This document shows positions 51,267 through 64,000 of a stretch of DNA of 64,000 nucleotides, piece by piece (position 1 is the first letter of the stretch; the number at the start of each line of letters is the position of its first letter). The stretch is from Paecilomyces variotii (Eukaryota). Both the position numbers and the translations under genes were made by a program. The stretch lies in NCBI GenBank assembly GCA_004022145.1, contig RCNU01000003.1. One strand, written 5' to 3'. The notes below the pieces were generated by a model that saw nothing but the letters and a program-made list of their open reading frames with translations, was not told where the DNA came from and made no database searches.

Positions 51267-52758
51267 ATGGCACGCAGCGGGTCTCAGGAGTCTACAGATC
51301 CCCTCTCACCTTCGGGGCCCAGGCCGCACATTCGTCTGAAGCAACGTGTCGCCCATACCAAATCGAGAAATGGTTGTTTTGCATGCAAGAATCGCCGAGT
51401 CAAGGTAGTGGGAAATCTTCCAAGAGCTCTATTTCCTTTGGACACGAACTCATGGACATAGTGTAATGAAGAACGGCCAATCTGTGGTGCTTGCTCCCTT
51501 CGAGGAGATGAATGTATTTTTCCGCGTCCACAGACGAGACAACACCACATTCGCGGTCGCGATACAGTATCTCACGACGCAACCAATTCGGGGACGCTGC
51601 CAAATTTACATGCGAGCCCCCTTTGTCCGCTAGATTTCAATGCGGCTCCCACGAGAACATCTGACCCAGACGACGAATGTAGGAGCGGCCTGCATATGCG
51701 GGATTTGAATCTTCTGCAGCACTACATCTTACACACCTCGAGATCTTTGAGTCTGAATCCTCGCAAACTCGTGGTCTGGGAGCGTGTCATTCCAGATCTT
51801 GCTAGTGAGAACGCCTTTCTAATGCACTTAGTTCTGGCACTAGCCGGCCTACATATATTGAAATCACGCAAGTCAGACAAGCATAGGTTCACGGATACTC
51901 ACATTTGCACATCGTCTTTGAACGAATCAATTGATCCAAGATCCGTGGCCACAGACACTGCTGAGTTGCCAGCTCTGATTGAACACCATCAGAAGGGTCT
52001 ACAAGGTTGCCGACAGACCTCAAATACACTGGCTCCGACTAGTGCGTGGTGTTGGTTCGATTGTGCAACAGTCCTGGAATAACCTCAAATTAGGCCGATT
52101 AAGACCTCTCCTGATTTTCAACAATGCCAACGATGACTGGAAGCTAGTCGAGCCGGAACCAGTACTTGGGAATTCGCTGCCTGGTAACGTACTATCGGAA
52201 AGTCTCTCTGCATTTGTGTTCGGTGCGCAGCGAGCTATCTCAAAGTTAAGGGAATGCCTGGAGTCTCAGCAAGCAATGGGCTCAGTCCATGGTGACGTTC
52301 CTGGCTCGAACCCCAGAGTTGAGGCCAACTGGAACGTCCCGCTAGATCCGATCTGTGTGGCACAAGATCAGACCATTGCTGTAGTTGAAGACATGTATAT
52401 GCGAACCATATATGTTCTTCGACTACAACCAGTAGAACCGCGCTCATCTGATCATGATACCCAAGCCGAGATAGAAGATGCGGCTGTTGCATCCTGGCCG
52501 CATCTTATTCCTGAAGCCTTTGTCTCGTCGCTAGATCCGGACAATCTTCCTGATATGACCGTCGGCTTATCGTTTGTTATCCTTGCACACTTATATCTCC
52601 TCCTTGCCCTATTGGACAATCTCTGGTATCTCGGTGAGAACTTTGGCATGGAAATTGAGAAGATTCATACTCTAATAGCCGAATTCGGGAGCCCTGAATT
52701 AACCGAACTAATGGCATGGCCGCTGAACGTCGTGAGACTCCAAAGGAATATTAGATGA
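51267..52758 (+). pseudogene. Upc2-like Zn(II)2Cys6 TF with an internal frameshift (pseudogene or assembly error)
   Basis: 'HTKSRNGCFACKNRRVK|CNEERPICGACSLRGDECIF' (intron 51404-51461), 'DLNLLQHY', 'FLMHLVLALAGLH'. After 'HHQKGLQG' (~52006) the family-like sequence 'WLRLVRG..W' continues in another frame, with no plausible intron. Confidence 0.75.
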
Positions 52759-54385
52759 GGGGCTTACTAGTTATTCCTAGTTGGGAGTGTATAGATAGGC
52801 GATATTAGCGAGTGGTGATCCCCAAAGCGAGTTATTCTAGACTATAAACCACAATTAAGCTGCCAGAATTGAGCGCAATACCCTGGGATACACATTTCCA
52901 GACAGGAGTCTCGTCGAGGACACTGGCGATGAGCGAACATCTCTGGATGATCTGGAAACCCTAGGGAGGATTTATCGTTTCGTAGTAGCACTGCTCCAGT
53001 TATACATTACATTCCCTGAGCTCTTAGAGAGAAAGGATGCGCCGAGTTCTGACCAACTTATACCCTACCCACTTCCGAATTGAAGCCACTACAAGGGTCG
53101 AGGGAAAATACAGTTCCCAGGATTGCAACTGTTGCGTTAGCAACCACTATCTTGAACCTCATCTCATCCGTCCCTGATAATTCAGGAATCCAGTTACTAA
53201 GCCGGACAAGAGAGAAAAGAATGAATTTTTTCTTGCTTGTGTGGATATCATGGATAACCTTAGAACCATGACGGATTCTCATATAGGATTTGTGCGTTTC
53301 CATTTGGCTTACTGAGAATTTATACCGTGGCTCATGGTACCTGCTGACGATCATGGGCACAAGGGAGTATCCAAGAGAGGAGGTATGATTAATTACTAGG
53401 AGTTGAATGTCTATAATAAAGCTTGGAGAAGTAGTATCCAAAGTATCGCATAAAAGACAATGTAAGGAAACAATTTCAATTTATAGAAGAACATTATCAA
53501 ATACTAATATTATTTCGATATGTCATAATGGTGCGGTCTTACCTTATTGGATTGCTATATAAGTATTTCATCTCTGAAGATAAAAATCCCTTAATTCTTA
53601 CTTATTTTACCTACAATTACTTGAAGAGCCTTCTTATTGTTATTTCAGGAACTTCAAAGTTCTAGAGGGCTTAAGTATTAAGAATCCACTATGTAGAATG
53701 TTCGGTTTCTGAGCTTGACGGGAAGCCCTATTTTCCACACCCTATCGTCGTATGTGTTAATCCTCCATCTAACCGCGTCCATCTTGAGTGGCTCAAAGTC
53801 TACTTTCACAGTTGCTAATACCCTACTAGAACGTTTGATGAGGTGGAAGAAGCTAAGCTCCTAGGTATCTACCCTAAGTAAAGTACCTAAGTAATTAAGT
53901 ACGTGATTCCGCGTTTCGCGCCCCATCAGTCCTCCAAACATTCCATCTTCAGCATACCAGGGTGATATTATAGGATGCGATACCAAAAAGATTGAGTTTA
54001 GTACACCAGGACAGAATAAAACATCGTTCCCATCTCTTCTCGACAACCGTTTGCGGTTAGAACGTCCTGACTGTGCCTTTCCAGCCATCGACTCAACTCA
54101 AGTACTTATCACTCCAGACCTCAACTCTCTCCGCACGCCTCCTGGACCGCTTAGGTCACGACTCTGTGCAGTCGCGCTAATCAAATCAAACGCGTCTTCA
54201 TCGCATCTACAGAGTGCAACGAAGTTTAACCTGTAAGTTAGCATGAACGCTACGAACTTCGGAAACTGCTCTGTAATCATAGATTCCTTTGGCGCGGTAC
54301 TGTACCCATCACTGCAAGGCATTCGTCGACCGCCCCTTTTCCTACCAGCTCACTCAACCTCAATCATTGAAGCCTTTCCGATGCC

Positions 54386-56047
54386 ATGGAAACCAACGAG
54401 CTTATCGATCTTGCCCATGAGATGCAGGGCCAGCTTTGGGTTAATAAGGTGAACGAGGCCCAGAGAACAGGCCGTCTCTGCCAGTGGGTGTCAACTTTCC
54501 ATCCCAACAGGCTTCCCTGTCAACTTGATGGTACCTTTCACCATGGCGCCTTCAATGCCGGCATGAAGATGGTTTTCAGTGACAACACTGCCTGGATGGT
54601 TCGTTTCCCTCGAGTGGGAAGGGTCTGTGACCGATACGCCGATGAGAAGGTTGCCATGGAGGTTGCAGCATTAAGTCTCATCCGCAACAGGACTACCATT
54701 CCCGTCCCGAGAGTCCAGGCATGGGGACGGGCTGCCAGCAACCCACTTGGCCTCGGTCCGTTCGTCATGATGGACTTTGTTGACGGTGTGAACCTTAGCG
54801 ATGTCTTCCAGGATCCCAATGCCGAGCGTCCTAGCAGAGTCATAAAGGAGAATATCAGCGATAGCGATATTGAAATAATCTACAGGCAGTTGGCCAATTT
54901 TCTACTTCAGCTATTCAAGCTCGATTTTGATTATATTGGCAGCCTTCCGTTGCCACAGGCTGAATTCCAAACCCCTACACCGCCACGACCGCTAACATTT
55001 AAGGCACATAGCATCCTACAAAATGGGGGAATAGACACCTTCGGTACGCCTCGTTACCTTCCTCTTATTTTCTCCCATTTCTACTGCTCTGATTGAGTGC
55101 GTTCACTAAGCAAATAATGAATAGGTGACCGAAACAAGGGGTTCGCAACGGCGGCCGAGTATTTTCAGTATGTCATCGAGCAGGATTGGGAACAGCTCGT
55201 TCGTCAGCCGAACTCGGCTGCTGGTTTATATGACGCTAGAAATAAATATTTGGCTTTCAAGGTTCTAAAAAGCCTGATACCTGAGTTGATCCACGCCAAG
55301 TATGACCGTTGCAAATTTAAGCTGATTTGTGACGACCTCGGCTTGGCGAATCTGATTGTCCGAAGCAGGGAAGACCTTACTGTTGTCGGAGTCGTGGACC
55401 TCGAGTGGTCATACATCGGACCTGCCCAGCTGTTTGGCTCGGCACCGTGGTGGCTCCTCCAGGATAGACCTGTTAACAGCGCGTGGGACTGCGAGGGCGA
55501 TGAGCCGCCCGAGATTGCCGCCAGGTATTTCAGGTATCTGAAGATCTTCATACAAGTCCTCGAAGAAGAAGAGGCAAAAATGCCGGAGCATGAAGGAAGA
55601 GAACTCTCCAGTCTTGTCAAGTGGTCGCAAGCCTCCGGGGCCATGTGGTTGCATATGCTCCTCTCATCTGGCTTCAACGACCAACGCAGCTTCCCTTTTA
55701 CGCAGCTGCGCCGATCTTTAGGCGCCTCTGAATGGACGAGGCGTGAAAAAGATTTCGAAAACACGGAAGAGCTTGAAGCATTTGCGAAGCGGAAAGTCGA
55801 CGAGTTGGACAAGTATGAAGAAGCCTTGGACAAGATAAGTGATAACAAAGCGCTCATAGATAGAGGGCATATGTCGAAGGAGGAATTCATTGCCAACGCT
55901 CTAATAGCTTCAGGCGGTACTCCCTTCTTGTCTGTGACCAACGATAGGACGAGAAATAACGAGGGATTCTTCTCTACGGTGGCTGCTTGGCTGGGATTCT
56001 CTGGTTGCTTTTCCAGCACGCTTCCCTCACTTTCGTCCAGCATATGA
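54386..56047 (+). CDS. Aminoglycoside phosphotransferase (APH)/protein-kinase-like family protein
   Basis: 'HGAFN', 'WMVRFP', 'EKVAMEV', 'TTIPVPRVQAWG', 'GPFVMMDFVDG', intron 55044-55124, catalytic loop 'LICDDLGLANLIV', 'VVDLEW'. The exact 3' end is uncertain. Confidence 0.85.
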
Positions 56048-57271
56048 GTGAGTCATGTAGACGTTATCACCATTGGCTACGAACCCCAAAATCGTGTTAG
56101 GTTCAAGGAGCTCTGCGCTGTTTTTTTTAAGAGCAGTTCTCTAGTTGCCGATCGGACTAGTCGAGCTACTCCTTTACGTGAAGAATATGTCTGTCCACTT
56201 CTACCAGACTCTGGGGTAATGATATGCCGTGGTGCCTTAGAGTCGGTGTAGGAGGTATATTGTAACCACCAACCCTGAGAAGACGAGCATTTCCCTTATT
56301 GCGTAGAGACCTTACGAGTTCGCTATCTTGGTCGTCGCGCCAGATTGGAAAACAGAATTGCAACTGTCTCTCAAGCTAGATCATACAGTACTAGGTAACT
56401 TAGTTGATGCCTAGAGACATTTCTTCACTGTTTAGTAGTTGATTCGATAAATAACTACTCCCTCCATAGATCAGCCTACGATCTGAGACCAGGCAATCTG
56501 AGCCAAATCATTTGGCAGGATTGGGAGAGACATACAGGGTCATCAACGTCCGAGAGACGGAATTGATCAAGTGCGTTCTCGACTCTCCCTATACATCTCG
56601 AGTCTATATTCCATATTTTAGGGATGACACAGGTTTCGTCCGAGAAGGATCTTTCAATGACTTTTTGAAGAGCGCAATATCTACAATCTTAGCCGCCAAA
56701 GTCAGAAAGGGAAGCGGACAGACAATAAGCGATGACCATGGCGCGAAATTGGCCACAGATCCTATACATAACGTGGATATCAGGATAGGTATATTGACAG
56801 ATTATCGGGAGTATCCTCATGGGTAAGTGGACAAGTTCACTTCATTTTGAGCGATCAGATTAGAACACTAGAACTGGAACGTAAACCAGAATTATGTACC
56901 GAGATTAGACAGCTTCGAAATAACCGCCAGGTCTTCTTTTCCTACCGGCAGCTAAATTATATGATATGATATGCTATCCCATCCAAACTCGGCTCTAGAA
57001 CGTATGCAAGACACCGAGGACCCAGATATTTGGTTTTGTTTTGTTATACAGAACGGCCTCAGCCGCCCCACCCCGAACAGTGTTTTCTGAATACAGTCAC
57101 AGATGCGAGAAGAAAGAAAATAAAAATACATAAAGAAATCCTTGTTTTCTTTCCGGCCATGTTCCATCGTGTTTCAATGTCAGGGAGCGATGATATGTGG
57201 GGAATTTGCTGCTGATAGGGGTCAAGCCAAGTTTAAGGGTTGATTTTATTAGAGAGACATCCCTTGTCACT

Positions 57272-59977
57272 TTAGCCTGCTGCTGTGTTCATTTCTTGTT
57301 GCGGTTGCTGAACTGCTGGGGTTTCACCATTGCTGGAAGTATGGCCTTCAGTTTGCTGGGGCGGTTTGACGGGTTGCGCTTGTTGCGGCTCAACCACATG
57401 TGGTCGCCATTTGATAAGGAACTTCCCCGCCACGGGCCGAGATTCTTCGTCTATTGTATTGTTAGTAACGTGATTAAAAGCCATTGTGGAGTAGGATACT
57501 TACAGGTCCGGTAGATATCCTCCAGAGCGTCGAGGCATACTTCCCGAGCAGGTGGCCGAAACATGACAAGATATCTGGATCATGTTAGTCTGGGACTTGT
57601 CGGTGAGATGCAGTGCGAACTTACAACAGAGCTTGAACACAGAGATTTACTCTCTCCGGGTCCCTCGCAAGGCTCTTTACTCTTTCGATGATGGCTGTGT
57701 TGATTTCCGGAATTTCGCTCAGGAAGCGAATAAGGATCTTATCTCGAGCATCCACATATGGTAGAATACCGTCGAGCAATCTCAAAACCCAGCGATCATA
57801 ATGCAGTGGTACATATACCTCGTCTGAGTCCTCGAGCCGTTGTGAGCCAGCAAACTTCAGCTGGATACGGTCGTTGTACCATTCTTCGTTCAACCACGTG
57901 ATGCCAACGTTTATCCGTGACCTGAAATCTTCGAGGATATATCGATACAATAACTCTCGTATCGAGTCGGATATCGTCGGCTTTTTGGGAGGCACGCCCT
58001 CCTCGGTCTTTATGTTGTCTTCCTCGGATTCCAAGCCGCCAGATGCTCGCGTAGCAAGTCTGGTGAGCAGCGTCACCCACGCATCCCGATCAAATGTGCT
58101 ACCAGCCAAACGCGAAAAGCCAAGTTGTTGCTGACTCGAACCCTTTGCCGTCTTTCGTGGAGCGTCCATAGATGTTACCATGCTAAACACTCTTTCAGCC
58201 GTACTCTTGCCTATTTCTTTTGCTTCATCTTCCGTCAATGGCGGGGGCCGCGGCAAAACAAAAGGCCCCAGAGACACTAGGTCTGGCTGCATTTCCGCAA
58301 CTTCAGTGGATGTAGTCTGTGTCTCACCGATAGCGTTATCAGGGACATCCATGGGAGAATATTCAGGTTCATAATCGTCATCTTCCTCTTCGACGGCTGC
58401 TTGTTGCTGCGTGGCCTGTTGCCTACTACTCAAGGTTTGATACCGTGATCGCACAGCCTATCATAACATCAGTATCTGTCGCAAACGCCGAGTGCAATAA
58501 TTCCATACCTCGATAGCCTGGGTCAAGGCTCCTTGGTCGACCCGACCTAGAACAGGGACCGTAATCTTGACAATAAGATCGATGGGAAGTTGCTTCACGT
58601 CGAAGGTTGAAAGACCCACGTCCTCCGTTAACGTGTAAAGCTGCGCATAACTGATCTGGCCAGGTGGAAGAGGGGGAATCTTGAAAATAGGAGGTGTGTC
58701 TGCGCCGAGTTTCGCCCGCTTTGTATTATCGAGTCCATCCGTTGGCTCCGCAGGTAGGCCACGCTTTCGCGACGTTTCATCGAAGACATCGAGCCGGGAC
58801 TGGGATAGTCGATCAATGTACTGCTGCATCTTGGGCGCGAGCGGATGGTTCGGGTTCCTGGAATCTCCATAAGCATCTAGATCGGCCCAACTCGTAGACA
58901 ATGTATACCTCTTCATCACATTTATCAGCAACGCTCTAGCTGTTCGTTCCATCGATTTGAGGTTCACACGAAGAGTGGGAGACATTGAGCCGTTTATATG
59001 TTTGACGGGATCGAAAGTGAGAACTGAATCGATGATCTTAGCGGCTATAGACTGTCGAGTTCGAATCAAGACTGCAAGACAGTTCAAGGTCGCATTGACT
59101 AAAACCGCATCACTAGTTGTCTGTCAGTATAGGCCGTTCTGTTCTGAACAAAATGTATAGACACACCTTGAATCCTCTTGTAAGACCATGAGAAGTCTGT
59201 CTAACAGACCAGATGATTCTGCTTCGAGATTTGGTAGCGATAGGATAGCATGGTTCCTCGGGACAATGGCTAGGGACGTCTCGTTTTTATCGGGACGCTA
59301 ATATTCGTCAACAATAATGCAGATATGCGCACAGCACGGGGACATACTCTAGGATCTGAGATAGGGCCTGCAGTCTGGACATGAACCACCCTCTGGACGA
59401 ATTTGATACAGCACACCTTGACTGGGTAAGGAGCACTGTCCCATCTCCGGAGGATAATCTGTTTGAGAGCCGTCATTTTCTCCCACATGGCCGCGTCTTC
59501 CGGATGATTTATGCTGCGATTTGATCAGGTTAGAATCATCCAGCTTAAACGGCGCTTCTCCAGCCAGTCACAGAGCGACCACCAATGCCTACGATGTTCC
59601 TATACCAGGTTCACACGAAAAGAGAGATCGGCCACCTACATGTGTCTGAAGACGATCGGGTAAAGACTCGCCGCAGCCTGTACCACATATTTAACAACCG
59701 CTATATCCTCCTCTGGCAGCTCCAATATCTCCTTCAGTGTCTGCACCACAGGTCCAGCGAGCTGTTCCTTCTGCGCCGCGGCCAGCGCGGGACTGGCGAA
59801 TGTTTCCGCCAGAAACTCGGCTCCCCACCTCCGCAATTCAAGTTGTGCTGTGGCACCTATGATCGGTAAAATGCCGTTCACGATTTGAGGGTAGAAGGCG
59901 GCATCACCCAGGACGAGATTGCGCGCCGCCTCGAGCTGCGAGACCTGGTCCCGCAGACTCTTGGTCTGCTGAGCCAT
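57272..59977 (-). CDS. PTA1: Symplekin/Pta1, cleavage and polyadenylation factor subunit (multi-exon)
   Basis: 'QLEAARNLVLGDAAFYPQIVNGILPI', 'VCCIKFVQRVV', 'LEAESSGLLDRLL', 'KSMERT', 'DFRSRINVGITWLNEEWYND', 'IRFLSEIPE', 'YLVMFRPP'. Confidence 0.92.
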
Positions 59978-60672
59978 GATGACGCGCGAAACGGATATCC
60001 GATGAACAAATCAAGGAGAGGATGGGATTATTGTCGCGTTTTCCCACGTCGTCACGGAGGAAAAGGAATCGATGGAGGGTCTACGTCGGTGGTGTTGTCG
60101 GCCTAGATCCGCGGCGCAAGGCACAGGGAGGTAAACGTCGGTCGTGTGGACACGACAAGGTTGCGTTTAATATCGAGAGGTCATCATTGTCTTTGATGAA
60201 TCAGAAAACGTGAATTGAGGGGAACTAAAGAGCGTGAAGCTACGGGATGCGAGAGTGAAAGAGACGAGAAGCTCGCGTTGTACAGATGAGTAGAGAGAGT
60301 ATTATTGCCTCTTAAGGTGACAGCCGCGCTAAACCCCATCGAAGCCGCAGAGCCGCAGGATCGTCGACCATGACAGTAATAGAATCAATAACAACAGTAG
60401 AAGAGGACAGAAATTAAACAATAAAAGAATTAAGCCTGTAGAATGGAATCTCCTAATTATGATTAAATCGCAATCCGTACAGCAATTGTGTTGGTATAAC
60501 TTCCAGTACTTACTCGTATCCCCGGGACATCGCGCCAAGACCTCAGGCCACTGCGAATGCCTTCAACTTCCGCGCGATACTTCTCTTCCGCTCCGCCAGC
60601 AAACCGCTCAGATCCAGAAGTTCTGCTGTGACTTATCCTCCGGCTTTCCTCCTCATATCCTGTTCAGCCAAA

Positions 60673-61138
60673 ATGCCTGCTGGAATGTAAGTGAAAGACT
60701 CATCCTCTACCTCCACCATTGCCGCCATCTCGCCCACTCTCTTTCCCCTCCGGATCGGCGCTCTCGCCGTAGAACGAGCTGCGTCCCTATCTACAGACTA
60801 ACATGATCCTCTCAATCACAGCTTCAACTCGACCTACTACGGCAAGGACTACCGCGCCGGTGCTGCCCTGCTCCGTGCCCGCCGGCCGTACCTCTTCAGG
60901 AATACCTTGACTGGAATCGGCCTCTTCTCATTCTGTATCGGAGTTTGTACGTGCTTTCTCGCCTCTCCCAGATGTCAACCCAGCATTCTCAAAGATATAT
61001 TATTACGTTCCCACTAGCTCACTCGAACTAACATTTACATTCTAAGACACCTTCACCATCCGAGCCGTCGGACAAGAAGACTTCTCTGACGTCGTCGTCC
61101 CCGATGCCCCCGCCGCACCGAAGCAGGAAGCCAAATGA
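60673..61138 (+). CDS. COA3: Cytochrome c oxidase assembly factor 3 (76 aa; not in the ORF track)
   Basis: Exons 60673-60686, 60822-60946, 61047-61138 give MPAGIFNSTYYGKDYRAGAALLRARRPYLFRNTLTGIGLFSFCIGVYTFTIRAVGQEDFSDVVVPDAPAAPKQEAK*. Confidence 0.9.
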
Positions 61139-62096
61139 AATGCTTTAAAAAGAACAACCTCACGTTGATTTTTTCTTTCCGGGCAAGGGATCGGTCTACA
61201 ATACAAATGAAGGGACTCGGGTAAATATACAAAAAAGAAATCTTCCCAATATTTTCAGCGCATGGTGCAATCGGTGTATGGAGTGAAATTTTATGTACAA
61301 TATACGTTCCTTTTATGTGAAGAGGGATTTATACCACCTTTTTCCTTATCCCATCGGAGAGTTTCTCTGATAAGAGTGCTCATTGTGCTAGCTCCCTTCT
61401 CTGTCCCGTGTGGTTTTGGGGGTTGGATAGACACGGCCACGGGTTCTGATAGGATGGTAAGCAGCTGTCGACAGAACTGAGCCCTATACCCCATGCTCCA
61501 AGAAATATTCTCCTTTTCCTTATATCACAAGAGATTCTCCTGTATCGACTCATTCACTTGATCTTTGATAAGTAAGATTGTATGAAAGTCTCCGTTTGAG
61601 AGGGTAGTGGCTGGCTATAACCGCCATACTATCGTATATACAGTTCAGGAATCGAGATATGATTCTTGAAATCGTATCTGAAAGTGAAGAAATGATTAGA
61701 GGAAAGGGGACCTTGTCTCAGAACGCATTTTTGAGAAGTCTCACGGTGCCTTCTCGCCGGTGTGCCCATTTCTTATATTCAGGAGACGTCTTGCACTCAG
61801 TGGGGATAACATGATGTCTTGAAGACAGAAGAAGGGGAGGAATTCTTGTTTTCCATGGTGTTTAGTGTCGAAAGGTCAAAATTAGACGGTCTTCTGAACC
61901 GTAGGAGCGGTAGGACGTGGTATTCCTAGGCCTTATCGAGACTCAGGATCTTGACTCGTTCCTGCGAGTATGTAAACATGGCGCAAGCCTGCAAGAAAAG
62001 TATCTTTCTTTCTCAGTCCTGCTCGTATCTGCATTGTCTGCACCCGCTTTAATTTCCGTGGCTGCAGTCTGGATCGCCAAAAGTTGATAGTGTACT

Positions 62097-63064
62097 TCAT
62101 GGTACAAGCCTGGTACCTAGAGCATCTCCTAATTTATATCCTCTTCCCCGAAAATATGAATGCATCTTACCCATTATAACCGGGTTCGCTGGGTCTTCTA
62201 TGGTAGTTCCAACTATCGAAGGTGGGCTAGTTGATATCCGCTGCATGCTGTAAGTACTGCTGGATCTTGATCTCGTGGACCTTGTCGATGTCGATTCGAG
62301 ATCATCTTGATCAGGCTCAGTCTGGACGCCTGCATCCACGTAACGACATACTCTCTTTGGGTTCGGTAGTTGGGGTACAGCAGCCGGTGGAGCTAGATTT
62401 CGCGACCTAGTATCTGCCACTTGGGCTTGGCTCTCTCTTTCTGTCTTCTTCTCTAACCAGCTCCAGAAGCTGGATCCGTCGATAGCGATGCTCTGCGGGC
62501 GTGCTGCTCGTAGTGTGTCACGCCTCATGATACTCCTCGTCGGCGGTGATTGCGTAACAGGAATGAGAGACGGAGGTCTTAGTTCTCGTTCAGAAGGGAG
62601 ACTCGTCATAGAAAGTGTATGTGATCGCCTCAGATTCTGCCTTGAAGGCACTTGTCTCGCAGACAATTTATCCTTCAAATCAGCGGTGCTATCTCTATTC
62701 GAGACCTTCCCATTCTTGTCTGATGCAAAATACTCGTCTCCATGTCCGAAAACAATCTGAAGTGTGTCGAAGTCTCGCGTTGACCCATCCGGTGGGAAAA
62801 GCCATGTCTGTAACTCGTCTGGTAGGCCGTAGCTATCTGCTAATTGCTCAGAACAACCTTCCAACGTGCTATGAAGAGATGATGAAGTCAAATGGGTAAG
62901 ATCATCGTACCCTGTCTATATTCCCCATTTTGTATCTTCCAGCAGATATAGTATCTCTCAAAAGCACCGAACGCAACGATGACCAGCTCCTTTACGCATT
63001 CGGGATCATTGGGGTTATTAGGTATATCTCGAAGTCTGTTCCACAATCGAGTAGATGGACCCAT
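62097..63064 (-). CDS. Hypothetical fungal protein (folded N-terminal domain plus Ser/Pro/Arg-rich tail); true start may be further upstream
   Basis: MGPSTRLWNRL..VAFGAFERYYICWKIQNGEYRQ|DSYGLPDELQTWLFPPDGSTRDFDTLQIVFGHGDEYFASD, and C-terminal 'MGKMHSYFRGRGYKLGDAL'. More splice-like signals lie upstream (63080-63350). Confidence 0.7.
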
Positions 63065-64000
63065 AGACCCATCAGAACTGGGAAGAGTAAGTGTTAGTAT
63101 GCATCCCCGCGTTGAATGACTGCACAGAGATCAAACCTCGTGGGGTATATCCGCCTTCTCGTTGATTCGGAAGGGACACTTGAAGAATGAGCCCGCTGGG
63201 CCTTTTGATGCTCTAGCATTTTTCCAAAATGATATATAAAACCTCTGCAATTGAGGCCAGCCTTCATGCAGATGGTTAAGAGGTATGCATTTCAGAGTAT
63301 CATCGTCTCAGAAGCCGGTTTACCTACGGTTAGTAGAGTGAATGCGCAAAGGGTACCCTCGTCTAAACAGGCATCACGCCATGGTTCCGCTTTCTCTTCC
63401 GTCAATCTAACTGATTAACTAACTACAAAACAGTCCACAAGTAATACTCCATGACCATGCTGATTTTAAAGGCGTAAGGGAATCTGCTAGAGATAACCCC
63501 TGCGTCACGTTCGCACGAGATGGTTTCACCATACCATCTCCGGCGATCCAGACCAAAACGTGGCATGAACGGCCCACAGTCAGGAGTACTTGTTATTCGA
63601 GACTCTTGTTTTTGATTCGAAAACTCCTCATTTTCCAATTGGTGGCTGCTCTCATACGGGAGGTGGTAGCGAGCTCTGTCTGAAGTAAAAACTGCGAATT
63701 CTGGTATATCCTTGTCTTTTGTCCCATAGGTTTTCACCATCGGCGATTCAACAAGTGGATATGATATCAAACCATTCAAAATAATTGCTTTTGTTCTATA
63801 GCAGCTAGAATCAAATATTTGACCATCGTCTTTTCCTTGTCCCGGGTATGCCATTAGGAACGCTTAATTCTGCGTTCGTAGATGTGCTTGTCTTTGCCTT
63901 CGGGCCAGCCCATGATAAACGATTATCCCTTCCAGACTTCTCACCATGTGAATTCAGTGTATCGGACATGGTTCCACGATAGTAATCATCCGATGGCGGA

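Noticed and set aside
55204..56043. 279-aa antisense ORF over the kinase
   Set aside because: Ser-rich and motif-free; consistent with an antisense shadow.
56512..56826. 104-aa ORF
   Set aside because: Non-ATG start and no recognisable family; at most a gene fragment.
63423..63854. 143-aa minus-strand ORF
   Set aside because: No motif; it could be an upstream exon of the 62-63 kb gene, but I cannot support a model.
1..64000. tRNA, rRNA, CRISPR array, intact transposon, Starship captain, PKS/NRPS
   Set aside because: The GTTCGA hits I noticed lie inside CDSs. No repeat-spacer array, tyrosine recombinase or biosynthetic core gene was seen. Manual reading could miss small ncRNAs.

Overview
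64 kb of intron-rich filamentous-ascomycete genomic DNA (gene content and splice signals suggest Eurotiales; this is an inference). A housekeeping block (PMT4, a conserved hypothetical gene, dynein intermediate chain, ATP synthase subunit e, CSN8, STT3, then PTA1 and COA3) is interleaved with two accessory-looking regions. The first (~4.4-27 kb) has transposon relics, a divergent Zn2Cys6/MFS pair with a perfect 22-bp CGG palindrome between them, a decayed ADP-ribosyltransferase-like gene, a membrane-anchored arylsulfotransferase and a Zn-cluster-less TF-like gene. The second (~43.4-57 kb) has a PD-(D/E)XK-like pseudogene, a GH78 rhamnosidase with an inserted domain, an RTA1 gene with tandem CTCGTA promoter motifs, a frameshifted Upc2-like Zn2Cys6 gene and an APH-like kinase. 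No tRNA, rRNA, CRISPR array or intact transposon was seen. I cannot demonstrate a new system from sequence alone; the best leads are listed with tests. All family calls come from motif recognition, not database searches.
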